Assembly: GCA_963786955.1 (NCBI GenBank)
Contig: CAWBAT010000008.1
Span: 64,001-128,000, forward strand
Source of the DNA: an uncultured Acidimicrobiia bacterium
GTDB taxonomy: Bacteria > Acidobacteriota > Terriglobia > Versatilivoradales > Versatilivoraceae
DNA: 64,000 nt
Direction: 5' to 3'
The translations under genes were made by a program, and so were the position numbers. Positions 59,463 to 64,000 of this stretch are shown here, piece after piece (within the stretch, counting starts at the first letter, position 1; each line of letters starts with the position of its first letter). The notes below the pieces were generated by a model that had not been told where the DNA came from, made no database searches, and saw only the letters and a list, made by a program, of their open reading frames with translations.

Positions 59463-60884
59463 ATGAATCACAACTCCGGAATCCAATCAATAGCTTTTAG
59501 GCGCGCGACGCTGCAAAGCGAACGATCCCGAATCATTGGACTCCTCATCCTACTGAGTGCATCGGCCCTGCTTGTTTTGGTTCGCGCCTCAATCAGCACG
59601 AATCAGGCAGAGAAACGGGTTGTTCCCGAGGCCATCTTTCTTGTAGTTGTTGTGATTGTTTATGAAAGTCTGATGCTGAAACGAATCAACCGCAAGATCC
59701 AGGAGTCGCAAGATTTTCCAGGTTGGTTCTGGGGAGTGAATTTTTTTATCGAAACGCTCTTGCCGACGGGATTGCTCTTCCTCTTGACCGAGAGCCCTTA
59801 CTTTGGCCCTTATCGAGCGTTGGTTGCCCCAGCCGTTCTGACCTACTTTTTAGGCATGATTTTATCGACCTTGAGACTCAGCCCGCTGCTTTCGCGCCTG
59901 ACCGGCTTATATTCTGCAGGCGGTTATCTGGCAGTTGCCGCCTATACTTTCCGGTATTATCCCAGACCCAACATCTACCCGAGTGGCTTTGGTCTTGAAG
60001 TTATTCTAACTTATGCGGCAATGCTCTTAATTGGTGGTTTTGTCGCCGGAGCCGTCGCGGGAGAGATTCGGAAACATGTCTTAGCCGCGCTTCGTGAAGC
60101 GGAGACGCGAAGGCTCATGGAAAAAATGGAGCACGACCTGAATGTGGCCCGCTCCATCCAGCAAGGGCTGATGCCCACGCAGTCGCCGCCTGCTGAACAT
60201 TTTGACATTGCCGGCTGGAATCTTTCCGCGGATCAAACGGGAGGTGATTATTTCGATTGGCAGACTTTACCCGACGGACGTATCGTTGTGACGCTCGGGG
60301 ACTCAACCGGGCACGGCATCGGACCAGCGTTGGTCGCCACCGCCTGCCGTGCCTACTCTCGGGCTTGTTTTCTCTCTGGCCATGAAATCACGAAGGTATT
60401 GGACCGGATCAACGACTTATTGGTGGCTGACCTGCCTCAAGAACGGTTTGTCACTTTCGTGGCGGCTTTGTTAGACCCGATTCGTTTTCGGATCCAGTTG
60501 TTATCTGCAGGCCATGGCCCGTTGTTGCTATATACGGCAGCTGACCAGCGAATCCAGAACATCAATCCACAAGGCATTCCCCTAGGGTTACTGGAGGGAG
60601 CGCCGATGGATTCGCCTCTGCAAATTGACGTAGCGCCAGGAGATATTCTTCTTCTAGTGACTGATGGATTCTTTGAGTGGGTCAATGCCCAGGATGAGCA
60701 ATTCGGAGTCGAACGGATGGAAGAGGTAATCCGCGTCAATTGCCATCGACCTGCCAAGGAGTTAATTTCCACGCTTTATGAAGCGGTTCTCAAATTCGCT
60801 GCGGGAACCCAACAGCTCGATGATTTGACGGCCGTGGTCGTGAAACGTAAGACCCCCAATGGTGGCCTTGCGAGATCCTTCTGA
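59463..60884 (+). CDS. Membrane-bound PP2C/SpoIIE (RsbU-like) phosphatase
   Basis: About six N-terminal TM helices; ARSIQQGL, TGGDYFD, GDSTGHG, SAGH, VTDGFFE and DDLT motifs. Confidence 0.9.
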   Translation: MNHNSGIQSIAFRRATLQSERSRIIGLLILLSASALLVLVRASISTNQAEKRVVPEAIFLVVVVIVYESLMLKRINRKIQESQDFPGWFWGVNFFIETLLPTGLLFLLTESPYFGPYRALVAPAVLTYFLGMILSTLRLSPLLSRLTGLYSAGGYLAVAAYTFRYYPRPNIYPSGFGLEVILTYAAMLLIGGFVAGAVAGEIRKHVLAALREAETRRLMEKMEHDLNVARSIQQGLMPTQSPPAEHFDIAGWNLSADQTGGDYFDWQTLPDGRIVVTLGDSTGHGIGPALVATACRAYSRACFLSGHEITKVLDRINDLLVADLPQERFVTFVAALLDPIRFRIQLLSAGHGPLLLYTAADQRIQNINPQGIPLGLLEGAPMDSPLQIDVAPGDILLLVTDGFFEWVNAQDEQFGVERMEEVIRVNCHRPAKELISTLYEAVLKFAAGTQQLDDLTAVVVKRKTPNGGLARSF

Positions 60885-61083
60885 CTTTACAGAAGAGAGT
60901 CGACTCTAAACTTTGCATCGCGAGAAGCTGGCTTTGCCAAGGCATGAAGTGGTAGGCTGTGCCTCTACAACTCATTCCCTGTGAAGGATGTTTGTCAAAA
61001 TAAGAATTCCCATTTAGACGGTCACCGTCAGAAAGGACGCGAAAGCCAGCGAACAATGCTTTTTGTTCCTGGTCTTACTCATC

Positions 61084-62430
61084 ATGAAATTCAACCGATA
61101 CTTACTCGGCAGTACCATGGTCGCCGCGCTAGGTGGTTTCTTATTCGGATTCGACACCGCCGTGATTTCCGGAACCACCGATGCCTTGCGTCATGTCTTC
61201 CATCTCACCAGCGGCCAACTTGGATTTACTGTGGCCAGTGCTTTGATTGGGACGATCCTGGGTTCTCTCGCCGCGGGTAAGCCTGCAGAAATTCTGGGTC
61301 GCCGAAAGACCCTAACCATTTTGGCGGTGCTTTATTTTATTTCCGCCCTGGGCTGCGGGTTTGCCTGGAGCCACACGGCGTTGCTCCTTTTCCGCTTTAT
61401 CGGGGGGTTGGCTATCGGTGGCGCTTCGGTTGTCTCGCCCATGTACATTGCCGAAATCTCGCCACCTCAGGCCCGCGGACGGCTGGTGGCAGTCAGCCAA
61501 TTGAATATCGTCATTGGCGTGCTTACTGCCTATGCCTCTAATTATTTCATTTCCGCACAATTTCCCACTTCGGTGGCCTCGGGCACGTCAGACGCCTGGC
61601 GTTGGATGCTGGGGGTGGTTGCCATCCCGGCAATCCTGTTCTTCTTCTTTTTGATCCCGATTCCAGAAAGCCCGCGTTGGCTGGTAAAGCGGCATCGGCG
61701 AGATGAAGCGCTGAGCGTCCTTCAGAAGCTGGGAAATGAAGATGCTGAAGGCGTACTTAAGGAAATAGTAGATTCGCTCCATGAAGAACGCGTCAGCATC
61801 AATGAGCCGTTCTTTACCCGTAAGTACCGCATCCCCATCCTGCTGGCTTTCATGGTGGCTACTTTCAACCAGATGTCTGGCATCAATGCCATCATCTATT
61901 ACACGGCAGATATTTTTAGAATGGCAGGCGCTGGACAGGCCAGTGCCCTATTCCAGTCTGTGATCATCGGATTTACGAACCTGATTTCTACTTTGATCGC
62001 GATGACCATGATTGATCGGTTTGGGCGGAAGAAACTCCTTCTGATCGGGTCGGTGGGGTTGACCGTCTGTCTCGGCATCACGGCCTACGCCTTCTACAAC
62101 GGCATTGGAGGCGGATTGGTGCTCGGCAGCTTGATGGGATACATCGCCTTTTTCGGGTTTTCTCAAGGCTCGGTGATCTGGGTTTTCTTGAGTGAGATCT
62201 TTCCCAATCGTGTGCGTGCCAGAGGCCAGGCTTTGGGAAGCTTCGTCCACTGGTTCTGGTGTGCCATAGTCAGCTGGACATTCCCCATTATCGCCGAGCA
62301 CTCCGGTGGACATGCTTTCTCTTTCTTTGGATGCATGATGGTTCTGCAATTCATCATGGTGTGGAAGTTCTTGCCGGAAACCAAGGGAGTATCCCTGGAG
62401 CAAATCCAGCGGACACTTGGAATCGAGTAA
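61084..62430 (+). CDS. Sugar porter family MFS transporter (XylE/AraE-like)
   Basis: GGFLFGFDTAVISG, YIAEISP, PESPRWL, NQMSGINAIIYY, DRFGRK and PETKG motifs. Confidence 0.95.
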   Translation: MKFNRYLLGSTMVAALGGFLFGFDTAVISGTTDALRHVFHLTSGQLGFTVASALIGTILGSLAAGKPAEILGRRKTLTILAVLYFISALGCGFAWSHTALLLFRFIGGLAIGGASVVSPMYIAEISPPQARGRLVAVSQLNIVIGVLTAYASNYFISAQFPTSVASGTSDAWRWMLGVVAIPAILFFFFLIPIPESPRWLVKRHRRDEALSVLQKLGNEDAEGVLKEIVDSLHEERVSINEPFFTRKYRIPILLAFMVATFNQMSGINAIIYYTADIFRMAGAGQASALFQSVIIGFTNLISTLIAMTMIDRFGRKKLLLIGSVGLTVCLGITAYAFYNGIGGGLVLGSLMGYIAFFGFSQGSVIWVFLSEIFPNRVRARGQALGSFVHWFWCAIVSWTFPIIAEHSGGHAFSFFGCMMVLQFIMVWKFLPETKGVSLEQIQRTLGIE

Positions 62431-62491
62431 TTGGACTTTCCAACATTTTTGATCAAGGCCACCTTCAAGCAAACATATATATGGAGGAATC

Positions 62492-63091
62492 ATGACCAAG
62501 CCGATCCAATCGCGGGCCCTACCGTTGATGGCCTGGATATTGATCCTCGTTATCGCGCTCCCCTTGATGGCCGGCGAAACAAAGGAAATTTACACAGGCA
62601 CGGCCGTGTCGGTCGGCGGCACGGTTTCCGGTCAGCTTGCCTCAACGACCTTTAATCTGACCATCGAAGGCTATACATCCGATGAAGAGGCCCAGCGGTA
62701 TCTGACTACTTTGGCGGAAGAAAAACAAGATGGCCTGTTAAAAGCGATCTCGAAACAGAAATTGGGTTTTTTCTCTCTCTCCGGGCAGGTGGGAAGGACG
62801 ATCAATGTGGTCCGGGTGCATAATCTCGAAGAAGGCAAGCGTAAGGTCGTGGTGGTCTTTGAGCGTTGGCTCAAGATGGCCGAAGTGCGAAATGGCTATC
62901 GCTCCAGAGACTATCCCTTTGGGGTGATTGAAATCGTAATGGACCCTGATGGTAAGGGGGAAGGAACCTATATTGGTGCAGCCAAAATCCGTTGGGTGAC
63001 CGACGAGAAGACGGGGAAAAAGTCTGTGGAGATTGAGAATTTTGCGACCTACCCGACACGCCTCATGGGGGTTGCGAAGCGGAGCAAGTGA
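62492..63091 (+). CDS. Secreted hypothetical protein
   Basis: GGAGG RBS, signal peptide, globular composition (RSRDYPFGVIEI); family not recognised. Confidence 0.75.
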   Translation: MTKPIQSRALPLMAWILILVIALPLMAGETKEIYTGTAVSVGGTVSGQLASTTFNLTIEGYTSDEEAQRYLTTLAEEKQDGLLKAISKQKLGFFSLSGQVGRTINVVRVHNLEEGKRKVVVVFERWLKMAEVRNGYRSRDYPFGVIEIVMDPDGKGEGTYIGAAKIRWVTDEKTGKKSVEIENFATYPTRLMGVAKRSK

Positions 63092-63139
63092 TAGACAGCA
63101 GATCTCAGCCCTCCATAGGTTCGACAGCGGAATTGAAAA

Positions 63140-63250
63140 GTCCCCCTTGGAAGGGGGCAGCAGCAAGGCTACGGGGGATGTCTTCTAGGTAGCTGTCCAT
63201 AGGCACGCAGGTCCCCCCCCAACCCCTCTCCCGCGCTGGGGAGAGGGGAG
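63140..63250. repeat. C/G-run REP-like hairpins
   Basis: TCCCCCTTGGAAGGGGG and CCCCTCTCCCGCGCTGGGGAGAGGGG, related to arms at 15843 and 52427. Confidence 0.6.
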
Positions 63251-63301
63251 CCGATGATTTTTTCTTTCCTGCTGGGAATTTGAAATTGGTTAACGGTATT
63301 T

Positions 63302-63763
63302 ATGAAATCAGGCAAGAAGTCAAAGAAGAGACCTGTGGCGACGGGTTCTGCCGCGAGTGCGAAAAAGTCCTCTCGATGGCTCATCTATCTGCTCATTACG
63401 GTGGGCCTTGTCGTTCTCGGATACTTTGTCATTCGAGAATGGCCCTCAAGCCAGAATGAGTCACAGCTTTTGAAGGGACGTTGGCTTCGGCCGGATGGTG
63501 GCTATGTCCTGGAAATCCTGAATATTAAGCCAGATGGGGAGATGGAAGCCGCCTATTTCAATCCCCGCCCTATTCACGTGGCGATCGCTAAAGTGTCTCA
63601 ATCTGGCTCAACAACCAAGGTCTTCGTCGAACTGCGGGATACGGGGTATCCTGGAAGCGCTTACAATTTAGTTTATGATCCAGGGAGCGATCAGCTCAAG
63701 GGAATCTATTCTCAAGCTGCCCTCCATCAAGACTTCGACGTCTATTTCGTTCGAATGAAATAG
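63302..63763 (+). CDS. Membrane-anchored hypothetical protein
   Basis: Basic N-terminus, single TM helix, beta-rich domain GRWLRPDGGY...AAYFNP...GYPGSAY. Confidence 0.75.
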   Translation: MKSGKKSKKRPVATGSAASAKKSSRWLIYLLITVGLVVLGYFVIREWPSSQNESQLLKGRWLRPDGGYVLEILNIKPDGEMEAAYFNPRPIHVAIAKVSQSGSTTKVFVELRDTGYPGSAYNLVYDPGSDQLKGIYSQAALHQDFDVYFVRMK

Positions 63764-64000
63764 GGGATTCATGGATCCCGCCAATTCGTGACGCGATCTG
63801 TCACAAATTCCGCCACGCCTTCTACCCCCCCCCGAGTATTTTCCTGCAAGAACAGCCGCACCAGTCCTGCAACATGCCTTTTTCCGTTCGCTAAGGAGGC
63901 GTTGCGTATGGTAATCTTTTTAAGGTTCCCGCCACTCATGATTTTGCGTGCGTGTCTATAAGTTTGAATTGTTCAGGATGGAAAGAAACTCTATGAAGAG

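Overview
A gene-dense bacterial chromosome segment. The gene content (ECF sigma/Ser-Thr kinase/TolB-propeller module, IPFEF-type secreted protein, many Tat-exported sugar enzymes) suggests an Acidobacteriota genome; this is inference. The most distinctive part is a ~13.5 kb minus-strand biosynthetic cluster (19375-32864) starting just past the 3' end of tRNA-Leu(CAG). It encodes an Sfp-type PPTase, a PltE/RedW-like prolyl-carrier dehydrogenase, a stand-alone proline adenylation enzyme (specificity code DLLYLALVCK), a PltL-like carrier protein, an AT-less KS-ACP with deviant KS motifs, and a fully reducing KS-AT-DH-ER-KR-ACP module. No thioesterase or halogenase is present. The rest holds sugar-acid catabolism genes, MFS and RND transporters, rnr, pdxH, pxpA, a sulfatase, a P450, a NYN/LOTUS RNase, a HerA/DUF87-like ATPase, an octaheme cytochrome-HEAT-TPR protein, a membrane PP2C phosphatase, tRNA-Met, several REP/REPIN-like intergenic repeat families and three interrupted genes. 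No CRISPR array or intact transposase was seen. All calls come from reading motifs by eye; no database searches were run.
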